This document shows positions 1 through 12,238 of a stretch of DNA of 64,000 nt, piece by piece. Source of the stretch: Octopus sinensis. Lineage: Eukaryota. The translations under genes and the position numbers were made by a program. Every line of letters starts with the position of its first letter. The first letter of the stretch is position 1. The notes below the pieces were generated by a model that was given only the letters and a program-made list of their open reading frames with translations, was not told the DNA's origin and did no database searches. The stretch lies in contig NC_043004.1 of NCBI RefSeq assembly GCF_006345805.1, positions 71,982,001 through 72,046,000 on the forward strand, given 5' to 3'.

Positions 1-790
1 AACAAGCTTTTTATCTCTTTATAACTTTTACTTATATTTCTTATGTATTTTTATTTATACTTTTATACATATATTTTTTTACATATTTATAGAGATATTG
101 GTTTATAGGTTTATTGTTTATATATTTTTACACATATTTTTTCTGTATTCTACCTTCCACCCAGTATTTTTCCTGTGTGCATATGGAATCCTTTGTGTGC
201 GCGTGTGGATGTGTGCGTGTGTGCGGGTTTGTGCGTATATAGCTGTGTGCGTGTGTGCATGCATGCGAGTATGTGCGTATATAGACGTGTTTTACTCATT
301 GTTTTTTTACACATTTTCCTGTATTTTTGCGTTTAGTCCTGTTTTTTCATGCGTATACACGCATATAGACGTGTGTATGAACATTTTTGTGCGCGCGCAT
401 GTATGCGTGCCTATATAGACGTTTGCAAGTATGCGTGTATATAGGCGTGTGTGTGGGCGTGCATACGGGTATGTTCGGATATAGACATGGTTTAATGTTT
501 TTCTATATTGTTACCCTTAGCCCTGTGTTTTGTGTTTGTGTGTATATATAGACATGTGTATGAAAACTTTATGGTGCGCATGTGTGTGTGAGTTTGTACA
601 TATACATATATATATTTGGCGAATGGTGCGGTTGAGGTTGTGTACGTTTCAAGTGAAGGTGGATGAGTGTATACTTTTAGGCGCATGTACGTGGGTGTGT
701 GGACGCGCATGTGTAGGTATGAACATATGCGCTTACGCGAATACTATGAACTTTTTACCCCCTTACATTTACTCCCTCCCCTCACTTAGC
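1..790. repeat. Degenerate (TG/CG/TA) low-complexity tract
   Basis: Runs of gtgtgc/gcgtgt/atatag; the ORFs here are repeat-derived V/C/Y/M strings. Confidence 0.8.
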
Positions 791-886
791 GGTCGTTCAA
801 ATAGCTATTTTGTCTTAATAACGTCCAATCACAGTAATTTCCCTTTGTATAACAGTAATTTTTCATAGCATTTATTCCGATGGCTA

Positions 887-947
887 GATAACTGAAGAGA
901 TGGCGGCGTGGATTTGCACCTCGGCATCCGAAACTCGGAGTTTTATC
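887..947 (+). ncRNA. Minimal type I hammerhead ribozyme motif (family A)
   Basis: GATAA-CTGAAGA-GATG...CATC-C-GAAA-CTC-G-GAG-T-T-TTATC. Stem I GATAA/TTATC, stem II GATG/CATC with one extra C, near-palindromic stem III ACTC/GAGT, predicted cleavage after GUU (942). Confidence 0.7.
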
Positions 948-1036
948 ATGGCTACCTAATAATTGTCACATATTACATTTACAGATATATAGATATATAT
1001 ATATATACATATATATATATGTAGGTATGTATTATG

Positions 1037-1100
<64 letters not shown>

Positions 1101-1107
<7 letters not shown>

Positions 1108-1506
1108 ATTAGGGCTTAGTAAATAAATTACTTTGCCACATACTGAACTTTCTAGAAATAGCACCCAAAAAGTTTTTTAGCCATTTCCACTACTTTAAGA
1201 AAAATTTCTCTCAGATAATGTTTACTCAAAATAACTCACGAAAGTATGGAGGTAAAAACAGAAAAATATCACAAGTACAAAGATCATTTGAGAACGTTAA
1301 CGTTTCTAAATTAGCCAAATAAACTCAGCATTTCTTTCGTCAGCTCAGCATTTCTTAATTTGGATTTGGAAGCACTAAAAAGAAAGAACATACCCTTCGG
1401 CGACGTATCACCTCAGACGAACCCGTTCAGACTGCCAGTACTAACAAATTCAAAATGCGCAAGCGAAGATTCCTGCTCTCCCCTTCCACCCACGTGGGTC
1501 ATCTAG
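1101..1506 (+). repeat. ~390-bp dispersed repeat, copy 1, with Helitron-like 3' end
   Basis: Near-identical to 1666-2054; ends in the palindrome ACCCACGTGGGT (1488-1499) followed by CTAG (1503-1506). Confidence 0.55.
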
Positions 1507-1665
1507 CAAACATATATTTTAACGGTGAGAACCGAAGCAATAGAACAGAGAGAAATGAATTATAATATCAACAATTGAGGGTAAAATTAATTAGTTATTA
1601 ATCAATTTCACCAAGTAGTGTTCAGTATGTAAAAGGACCATTTAAGGCGAATTAAAAATATTACA

Positions 1666-2054
1666 TTATATAATTAGGGCTTAGTAAAATATATTACTTT
1701 GCCACATACTGAACTTTCTAGAAATAGCAGCCAAAAAAGTTTTTTAGCCATTTCCACTACTTTAAGAAAATTTCTCTCAGATAATGTTTACTCAAAATAA
1801 CTCACGAAAGTATGGAGGTAAAAACAGAAAAATATCACAAGTACAAAGATCATTTGAGAACGTTAACGTTTCTAGATTAGCCAAATAAACTCAGCATTTC
1901 TTTCGTCAGCTCAACATTTCTTAATTTGGATTTGGAAGCACTAAAAAGAAAGAACATACCCTTCGGCGACGTATCACCTCAGACGAACCCGTTCAGACTG
2001 CCAGTACTAACAAATTCAAAATGCGCAAGCGAAGATTCCTGCTCTCCCCTTCCA
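1666..2054 (+). repeat. ~390-bp dispersed repeat, copy 2 (3' truncated)
   Basis: Aligns base by base with 1101-1488 and lacks the terminal hairpin and CTAG. Confidence 0.8.
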
Positions 2055-2059
2055 ATTGT

Positions 2060-2098
<39 letters not shown>

Positions 2099-2177
2099 TA
2101 AGATCTTTATTTTAATACCGATCTTATCATGTAGCCAGCATGCGAATAAAATCCTTCAAAGGTAATAATCTATTATT

Positions 2178-2331
2178 AAAATTAAAAATTAGGGTATCTA
2201 AAGGATAGCACCATGCTGGTAATAGCAGCCAAATCTTGACTCTAAAACCACATTAATATGGTTTTAGAGTACAGTTTTGGCTGCTATTTCCAGCGTGGTG
2301 GTATCTCTTAGTTACCCTAAATTATAATTTT
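2178..2331. mobile_element. Fold-back MITE-like element
   Basis: ~73-bp imperfect inverted arms (AAAATTAAAAATTAGGGTATCTAA...CTCTAAAACCA / TGGTTTTAGAG...TTAGTTACCCTAAATTATAATTTT) around an 8-bp loop. Confidence 0.7.
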
Positions 2332-2340
2332 ATATATATA

Positions 2341-2373
<33 letters not shown>

Positions 2374-2519
2374 AGGTAGGTAGATGGATGTGTAGGTAAA
2401 CAGATGGGTAAGTAGATAGATTGGTACATAGGTAATACGGTCTGACAAGCACACTCAAACATACAACAAATGAGACGGGAACACATGACCATATACACAT
2501 ACACACAGTCCACACAAAT

Positions 2520-2550
<31 letters not shown>

Positions 2551-2704
2551 CACACTGACTCACGCACATACAGCCAACAAAAAGAACAGAGTCAACAACT
2601 TTTGCATGAAGCAGCGAAAATTTTAGAAATAAATATATAAGTAAAGTGAGTGGAAATTCAACGGGTGAGGACATTAGAACAGCATGACTCTCCCAAGACA
2701 TAAC

Positions 2705-2787
<83 letters not shown>

Positions 2788-2821
2788 TACACACATATAT
2801 CTATATACGTTCCGATGGCTG

Positions 2822-2993
2822 GATAACTGAAGAGATGATGGCGTGGATTTCCATCCCGACATCCGAAACTCAGAATTTTATCTTGGCTACCGAATAATTG
2901 TCACATTATATTTACAGATACATCCTCTATTTACATAATATTGAGGTATCTTTCTTTCTTTTGTTATCTTACCATTTTATCAAGATATATATA

Positions 2994-3031
<38 letters not shown>

Positions 3032-3185
3032 TGATAAAATGGTAAGATAACAAAAGAAAGAAAGATACCTCAATATTATGTAAATAGAGGAATGTATCTG
3101 TAAATATAATGTGACAATTATTCGGTAGCCAAGATAAAATTCTGAGTTTCGGATGTCGGGGTGGAAATCCACGCCATCATCTCTT

Positions 3186-3187
<2 letters not shown>
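2822..3187. mobile_element. Palindrome of two family-A hammerhead elements around a (TA)n centre
   Basis: 2828-2984 is the reverse complement of 3029-3187 with about 2 differences. The left hammerhead (2822-2882) has an intact core; the right one (3187-3133, minus) lacks C3. Confidence 0.75.
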
Positions 3188-3269
<82 letters not shown>

Positions 3270-3479
3270 TAATTTTATTATAGAAAAACAAAAGACGAAG
3301 GCAGGTGTATGGACAAGAGAGAATATGGTTTAGAACGCTATCAACGTATGAATTCATGGAGCAACGTTCCAATGGTCTGTTCATGAGAGTCATGCGATCA
3401 CGTGACAGCGTATGTCATAAAACAGAGAAGAGTGATATGAATAGGTGATTTATTTTACGGTCGTTTTCTCTCACTGTAT

Positions 3480-4040
3480 ATCCGACTCAATAAAGGTCTG
3501 TTCTGATGGATACTGCTAATGCTTCTTTGTTCCTTTTTTTTTTGCTTTTTTTTAAGGCAGACATTGGTTGTATCAGAACTGTTTTTGACTTTTCGCAATT
3601 CTTCAATATCTATTGCTTCGACGTTCTCTATTCCTTTCTCTTTTATAGTAGACGAGTACTACCTTTCAAGTAGCGCCTGTTTATTCTTTTATTTTGAACT
3701 TCCTGACTGGAGGCAATTGTTCTGATTCTCATAGCTTGTTTAAATGAAATCTTGTATTTGAAATGACTTGGAAGGTATGTAGCAAAAAGCATGTGCTGAG
3801 TCCGTTAGTTTGCAGATGTCACTTTCTGGGTTCATGCCATTCTGTTTTATCAAAAAGCCTAAGGGCAATTGGTTATGGATAAAGTCCATTGTGAACTGAA
3901 TACTGTTGCTGATGCTATTGAGTAAGGGTCTAAGATTACTGAGTTCATCTCAGTTGCATACTTACATAAAAGTATCGTTTCGAATTTTTCTCCATATAAT
4001 TTTGGAAATTGACATCTTTCATTGTTTTCGCTTGTTCATA
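3480..4040 (-). mobile_element. Penelope-like element RT fragment (decayed)
   Basis: Minus translation DELSNLRPLLNSISNSIQFTMDFIHNQLP resembles the Penelope RT LNS..IQFTME...LPFLD region; stops and frameshifts present. Confidence 0.6.
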
Positions 4041-4079
4041 CATTTAGACTTCTGGTTACGCTATATATAGACACAAACA

Positions 4080-4430
4080 TGGCGCAGTGTTTAAGACGAT
4101 CACTTTACAACCATATCATTTCGGATTGAGTTCCACTGCACAGCACAATGGCTAAGTGTTTTCTACTATAGCTCTGGGACAAGTAAGTTTTATGAATGAA
4201 TTACGCAGATAGAAATTGTGTGGAAGCTCGTTATATACGCGGATAGACCTTTGTCTGTATCGATATGTATATGTGTGTCTTCGTGTCTGGGTCATTGTGT
4301 TTGCCATTCATTAACAAAAGTTGTTAGTTATAAATTGTTGCCATAAATTAACGATTCAGCAAATGAAACTGATACAATAAACACCAGATTTTAAAATGTG
4401 TCGTGGGTTCGGATTTTTGACGCAACTCAG
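4080..4430 (+). mobile_element. Decayed tRNA-derived SINE
   Basis: TGGCGCAGTG A-box-like head; body alignable to the SINE at 26927-27322. Confidence 0.6.
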
Positions 4431-4609
4431 AGACAAAAGATTTATATATATATATATATATAATATATATATATAAATATATATAATTCAATTGCTTGGA
4501 TTAATAATTTACACACACGCGCACACAAACACATACACACCCACATACATCAAACATCATACTGTGCCAATGCAATTGGGTCAAATTTTTTTGGGGGTGG
4601 AGGGTATTT

Positions 4610-4985
4610 TATGAATTAGCATCACATAACAGTGATTTGTAAAGTGATGTGTAAAGACCCGATTTTGCGTTGTTATTCACATGTTGGCGCCAAAATCGTG
4701 ACTCCACACCACCAAATGCTTCTGCTGCCCATTGAATTCGCAGATGTATTTCTACAACCAGATTTCCATCATTCTGTACAGAGCTTCCAAGGTAGATGAA
4801 AGACAAGTAACTTACCCATAACAAAAAACTTCAGTAGCTTTGCAAACAGCACCACTTGCAGGTTGATGCACTACACCTGTTTTTCTCAAGCAGATGGTCA
4901 AACCAAAATTATCACAAGCTGTGTCAAATTCAGATACAAGAGTTTGCAGACCTGTTTTAGAATGACTGACTACATCGTAAAAAAC
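4610..4985 (-). mobile_element. RTE-clade LINE RT fragment
   Basis: LQTLVSEFDTACDNFGLTICLRKT...FIYLGSSVQNDGNLVVEIHLRIQWAAEAFG, typical of the RTE RT region after the YADD motif. Confidence 0.75.
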
Positions 4986-5235
4986 TTAAAGGCACTATAA
5001 TGTATTGGTATACTTATTTATTCATTTTTGTATATATTTATTATTTAAAACTTTAAAGACACTATACTGTATTGGTATACTTATTTAATCATTTTTGCAT
5101 ATATTTATTATTTTCTTGAAAATTTTCCTTGCAATTAAAGCCGCTTTGATTTCCTTTTTTAATCTTTCTTACACCCATTTATATTAAAATTTGTTTTCAG
5201 TTTAGGATTCTGCCTATTATTATTTTTTCCTTCCC

Positions 5236-5274
<39 letters not shown>

Positions 5275-5639
5275 AGGTAACGTAATTTCAGAAATAATAT
5301 AAACTCTATTTTAATAATATGTAGATTTCCATGGCATCTACATCAATTTTATGGTTATCTGAAAGAAAGAAAAGCTTGTTTTAAATCAGTGGAACAAGTT
5401 ACATTTTCGTTTAAGTAAAAGCAAAGTATATATGATTATCAAACAGGAGTCAGAGGGGACTTAATGAAACTGTTCTTCATCATCCGCCTGTCGGACTGCC
5501 TCGACAAATTCATGCAATACATCGTATTGGGTTACTAGCTACCGGCACAACTACGAGTGACATATATGCAGGCTTGCATGTATACATACATGCATTCATA
5601 CATATATACATGCATACAAACATACATACATACATATAT

Positions 5640-6880
5640 AAAGCTGATAATATAAGACTTAGAGAGCACCTCCTTGGGCAGTATTCCATGCCTGGGACTC
5701 TACCGCAAAGTATCATCAGATGAAAGAGTGAGCTTATATCAGCAGAAGACCATGCATGGATATATTAGTGGAAAGCTCCGAGGTGAGATTGACATTCATC
5801 ATCAAAGCGGTATTTCAGCCACTTTGAAAGCTATGCGTTTTCAATCCAGGAACAGGAAATATCAATCAAATACCTGCTGCACAAAAGAGAGGGTGGTGCA
5901 GAAAATGCAGCAAAATCTGACAACCGATGCAGACTCCGTAGCTTTAACACCAAAGACATCGCCAACATCATAAGTAGTTGTCCGAAAATGTCATCACAAT
6001 ATTATCGATCAATGAGACATGATGTTAGGGCTAAGAGACTGTATAATGACGGCAAAGAAATAAGAAGCCACATTATGGTGGAAGGCATTGCCATTCATAA
6101 TAAAAAAGGAATATTGGTGGAATGTCCGAGCGAAAACCACATCGATATGTAAGTATAATAGACTTGACATAATGATCTGGAATAGAGAACTGAAACTGTG
6201 TACAATCAGCTGCCAAGCGGATGTGAATATAAAAGTAAAGATCAGCGGAAAAGAAAATACCTACACTGAACTTTGAAGAATTCCTCAGTTACACTACTCT
6301 GATTGTGAGGTAAAGTATACATAAATACATACATACATAAATGAAATGCATCGGAAGGATAACCTCGAAGAAAGAGAAATAAGAACCCACAATGGTAGTG
6401 GCCATTGCCACTCATTATATAAAGGAGTACTGGTAGAATGTCCCAGTGAAGACCTCAATAAAATATAAGCGCAACAGACCTGATATAATTATTTGGGATT
6501 GAGAAGAGAAACTGTGCACTTGTTGAAATTTACTGCTCAGCGGAAGTAAATATAAAGCTGAAGATTAGTGAAAAAGAGAATACCTACGTTGAAATCTGCA
6601 ATTACTCTATCCAGATTACAGGTTCAGGTTTATACCTGAAATTATTGGGGCCCTGGGATATGTAACACACTACTTAAATACTAATCTTGAGAAATTAGGC
6701 TTATCGAAAACCAGAAAGGAGAAAGCTAATTCGAAGACTACAGATCCAGTCCATCACTGGAAGTGTAAAAACCTGTAAACATTTCCAGAAGTGTATCATT
6801 TAAATATATTTATGAGCATGTCAAGATATATAACTTTATGCATGAGAATACATGCATAAGGGAAAACATACACACTGCAC
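5640..6880 (+). mobile_element. R4/Dong-like RLE LINE 3' fragments
   Basis: CPKMS..Y...RHD knuckle, WWNV..KT...KYNR.DI.IW and RLE-like segments (the RLE region occurs twice); 3' UTR runs into (ATAC)n. Confidence 0.7.
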
Positions 6881-6889
6881 ATATACATA

Positions 6890-8106
6890 AATGCATACAT
6901 ACATACATACATACATACATACATACATACATACATACATACATACATACATACATACATACACACATACATACATACATACAACATACATACATACATA
7001 CATACATACACACATACATACATACATACATACTACATACATACATACATACATACCTACATACATACATACACATACATACATACATACATACATACAT
7101 ACATACATGCAAAGAAGAAATTCCATTTGTTGATGTTGAAATTCCAATGAAGTAGCTTTGGATTTAGATTAGGAACCGACACTGTCTCTATTGGCAAGAA
7201 ATTTTGAAATAAAATTGAACAATATCATACATACATATATACATGCATACATACATACATGCATACATGCATACATACATACATACATACACACATACAT
7301 ACATACATACATACATACATACAACATACATACATAATACACACATACATACATACCTACATACATACATGCAAAGAAGAAATCCATTTGTTGATGTTGA
7401 AATTCCAATGAAGTAGCTTTGGAGTTAGATTAGGAACCGACACTGTCTCTATTGGCAAGAAATTTTGAATAAAATTGAACAATATCATACATACATATAT
7501 ACATGCATACATACATACATGCATACATGCATACATACATACATACATACACACATACATACATACATACATACATACATACATACATACATACATACAT
7601 ACACACATACATACATACATACATACATACATGCAAAGAAGAAATTCCATTTGTTGATGTTGAAATTCCAATGAAGTAGCTTTGGAGTTAGATTAGGAAC
7701 CGACACTGTCTCTATTGGCAAGAAATTTTGAAATAAAATTGAACAATATCATACATACATATATACATGCATACATACATACATGCATACATGCATACAT
7801 ACATACATACATACATACACACATACATACATACATACATACATACATACATACATACATACATACATGCAAAGAAGAAATTCCATTTGTTGATGTTGAA
7901 ATTCCAATGAAGTAGCTTTGGATTTAGATTAGGAACCGACACTGTCTCTATTGGCAAGAAATTTTGAAATAAAATTGAACAATATCATACATACATATAT
8001 ACATGCATACATACATACATGCATACATACATACATACATACATACATACATACATACATACATACATACATACATACATACATACATGCATACATACAT
8101 ACATAC

Positions 8107-8137
<31 letters not shown>

Positions 8138-8162
8138 CATACATACATACATACATACATAC
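6890..8162 (+). repeat. (ATAC)n tract with four tandem copies of a ~118-bp core
   Basis: Core GCAAAGAAGAAATTCCATTTG...TTGAACAATATC at about 7109, 7371, 7633 and 7869, separated by variable (ATAC)n. Confidence 0.9.
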
Positions 8163-8169
8163 TGACTTC

Positions 8170-9810
8170 ACGAGGGGTCACCATCTTAAAATTAAACACA
8201 GAGTGAATGTATTATCATCGATAGAATATGAGTGAAAACCTTATGCAAAGCGTATGCATGAGATAAAAAAAGAGCCTTGACCAAGTTACAACATTTTCAA
8301 ATGATGTAGGGTTGGAGTTTGGTCAGGATAAGTGCTGTTATGTGGTTGTGAAAAGAGGGGCAACTATAAACCAGACTAGTAACATCTCTATCATTGATTT
8401 GACTGTCTCCTCTGTAGCTGACGAGAAATATTACAGGTATCTAGGGGGTGGATGAAAATATATTTTACAATAGCACCTGTAACAAAACGCGTGTCACTAA
8501 AGAATATTACAGCCGAATAAAGGCAATTTGGACCTCAGAACCTCTGCATTCAAGAAAAAAGTGGCCCACAATGTGTTTGCAGTGCCAATACTCATACCAT
8601 CATTTCAGCTGCTTGATTGGACGCTTCATAAGATCCAAGCCATTGATGTGAAAACTCGAAAAATACTAACAAGCACACATAATTTCCACATAAATTGTGA
8701 CGTACATCGCCACTACCTAAAAGCGAAAACAAGGCAGTAGATCCAAAGTGCCTTTGAATGTGGCATCATATCCCTTCGGAAATATCGCTTAATCACCAAG
8801 TTCGAAGTGCACTTCTTGACCAAGTTTGCATACATGAGGCTGATAACATCATAAGACTTGGAAGGCAACTACTTGAGCAACACACTTTGTTTGATAATCT
8901 AAAGTACATGACCCCCAAAATTCGCACGAATCTACCATCTATATGAGCAGATGATTATGAATGAATACGTTACTAGAAAGCTCCGTGATGCCAGTAACAT
9001 CGATCATCAAAGCACTCTGTCATGGACCAATATCCGGATTACTAGCTCACACTTTGAAGGTACGTGTTTGAAATCCAGGAATAAGAAATATCAACCAAAA
9101 TGCCTGATGCAGAAAAGAGATAGAGATGCAGGAAAAGCCGTAAAATGTGACAACCGATGCAGACTTTGTGAAGTTCACACTGAAGATATCAGCCACATCA
9201 TAAATAGTTGTCCGAAAATGTCATCACGGTATTATCTACCAATGAGACATGATGCTGTATGTAGGACACTCTATAAAGAAATCCGTCCATAGGATAATCC
9301 CAAGGACAAAGAAATAAGAACCCAGAATATGGAAGAAGCCACTCATAATAAAAGGGAATACTGGTGGAATGTACCAGTGAAGACCTCAATAAAATATAAG
9401 TACAACAGACCCCTGATATAGTGATTAGGGATAGAGAAGAGAAGCTGTGCACAGCTTCGGAAATTAGCTGCCCAGCGAATATTAACATAAAACTGAGAAT
9501 CAGTGGAAAAGAGAATACCGAAGCTGAACTATTGAGAAATCTCCAGTTACTCTATCCAGATTACAATTTCAAATTTATAACTGTAATTACTGGGACCCTG
9601 GTGTATGTAACATACTGACTAAATACTAATCTTGAGAAATTAGGCTTCTCAAAACCAGAAAGTAGAAAGCTAATTCGAAGACTACAGATCCAATCCAGCA
9701 ATGGAACTGTAAAACTTTCCAAACGTTTATTATTTAAATTATATGAGCATGTCTAGATATGCAACTATATGCTTGAGAATACATGCATAAAATATACAAA
9801 TCTGCACATG
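8170..9810 (+). mobile_element. R4/Dong-like RLE LINE, 5'-truncated and decayed
   Basis: FSNDVGLEFGQDKC (late RT), YRYLGVDEN, CDNRCRLCEVHTEDISHIINSCPKMSSRYYLPMRHD (CCHC), WWNVPVKT..KYKYNRPD and EISCPA (RLE); flanked by (ATAC)n on both sides. Confidence 0.8.
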
Positions 9811-11989
9811 CATACATACATACATACATACATACATACATACATACATACATACATACATACATACATACATACATAAACATATACATACATGCAAACC
9901 TACACTTTTCTTGGACAATGTAAATATCTATGCTCATACTAAACGCAGTACGGAAAAGCAGCAGGATTTAATCATTGCATTTTCCATTGATATATGAATG
10001 GAAATTGATCAAAAGAAGTATTCATAGTTAACAATAAAATCGTTCGCTAACTCTTTACTACACCGGTCTCTCTCTTTCCCAGTTCGAGAAAACGAGTTCT
10101 ACAAATACTGACGTGAGTCTAGGACATTTATCTCCCTTCCACCATAGACAGTAAACCTCACAAAGGACAATTTCCCCTGAGGACAACAAGACCCTAGGAC
10201 AATTACCTTTAAACAGTTAACTCCTCATGTGTATCGTATATTCCCGGTGTATAAGCCGCTATTTTTTTACGTGGAAAATTTAGTGTGCGGCTTAGAGAAA
10301 TGTGTGCCTAATGTGTGTATTTTTTATAAGTTTCAGGAGGAAAATAATTTCTGTATACAGATCGAATAATTTCACTTTTTTTTTCAGAGGAAAGGTTGGT
10401 CGGTGAACAACGCGAAAGACTATAGCTGCAGTACATTGGTGCCTGGAAGAATACAAAGCATATTTGCTTTGTTTTACCTTCATGTTTTGATAATGTTACT
10501 TTTAATCTAATAAAGACTTTAATATTGACGAAATGTGTTTGTTGTTGATTATAGTAAAATAAAGTCATGACAATAACAATACATCTTATAGTTGTAAAAT
10601 AAGGTATTTTGAAACTACATACACGTCAACAACAGAAAAGCTAGTTGCAGACCCGTTGCTCTATAGGTCTTTTAGATGTTTAGATGTTTCAGCTCGTATT
10701 AATGCCGTAGTTAGCAATTATGAAAACATAAATGCGAACAATATTTGCGAGGAGGAATCGCATATAATTTGCACTTTCAGATGATAATTTAAAACTTCTC
10801 AATATATTGAAGAAGGAGTAATTAACCAAGGGCTGTAATTTCCCTCGGAGGAATTTCCTTATCGGGGTAATAATCATATGCAAGTAAGTGATCTGATACG
10901 ATCGACGTAGGTATTAGTGAAAATATATCATACAAAAGAAATGAGAAGAAAGAGAGTGTATCACCAAATATTAAACTAGACTTAAAATAACATGGCATTC
11001 AAAGGTTTTCATTTGCTATAAGATTACATTACAAGGCATTTACTAAAGACGCCCTGAGTCCAACATCTGGGATACAGGATTATCTAATGGGAGAATCCAC
11101 TCTACGTGCAGTAAAGTCTGCAAGACGCAGACATCAAATTCACATTTCCAAAGAAACAGTGATAATGAAGATCTAATCGTAGAGGAAAAGAGGGAGAAAG
11201 GGGGAGTAGAGTAAGAAAAGGGGGAGTAGAGTAAGAAAAGTCGGAGTAGAGTCATCTTTGAAGTATTGTATGACTTCACTCAGACAACAACTCACAGATA
11301 ATGACAGTAAAAATATTTACACCAAGAGTAAAATGAAGTGAATAAAATATTAAGGGTCGGTAGTCAATATTGGTTGGACACTCTCGTGAACTCTTCCGCT
11401 AAAATCAAAAAATAACAAAAACTTACAGTCATTCGTGGGGGCGTGAAAGTAATATGTATTATCATAGAGATATGTATATATGTTCTAAAATCTAGAGGAA
11501 AGAGAATATCTATGGGCAAATACTGCGGAACCAGCAGCTCTTCTACGCTGATAATAAATTCACATTTATATCAATTGTTTTTCAGACACAGAGAATAAAT
11601 ATATTACCATTAACGACCTCATTGTAGCGAATTATATAAGTGCCTTCGTTGATCTTCTTTGCTTTCATCACTTTCTTTGACATAGTATTTGGCGAGATGA
11701 AAAAGTTTTCTTCCCTGAAAATAACATATATTACAATTGACGCTTTCAATAATTTTCATCATAATAGAATACTTTACAACTGTATTTACGACAATCGGTA
11801 CAGTTTAATGAAATCACTGAGATTATATTTAATCTTTGAAATTATTGAGTGTAATCCCCGGTTTGTTACTTACAACATAAAAAGTAAATATAAACTGTAA
11901 GTTGGATAGATCCGATTATTTAGTTTCAGTTCAAGAGTAAAATAAATATCTTAATATCATCACTCCTTCGTTAAAGAATAATAATAATA

Positions 11990-12238
11990 AATGCGCTCTT
12001 TTAAAGCCTAGCCAGGCTCATGGGCTCGGTTTCCTGGTTTCTAAGGCATATGTGTTCCCCAGTTGGACGGGACGCCAGTCCATCGCAGCGTTACTCATTT
12101 TTTCCAGCTGCGTGGACTGGAGCAACGTGAAATGAAGTGTTTTTCTCAAGAATACAACGCGTCGCCCGGTTCAGGAATCGAAACCACAATCTTACGATCA
12201 TGATGCTGACATCCTAACCACTAAGCCACGCGCCTCCA
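11990..12238 (-). mobile_element. tRNA-derived SINE
   Basis: Minus head GGAGGCGCGTGGCTTAGTGG (A box) and GGTTTCGATTCC (B box), central TGCTCCAGTCCAC motif, (TTA)n tail. Confidence 0.8.

Noticed and set aside
7100-8160. CRISPR-like alternation of a constant core and variable spacers
   Set aside because: The spacers are just (ATAC)n, the cores are about 118 bp, the context is eukaryotic and there are no cas genes.
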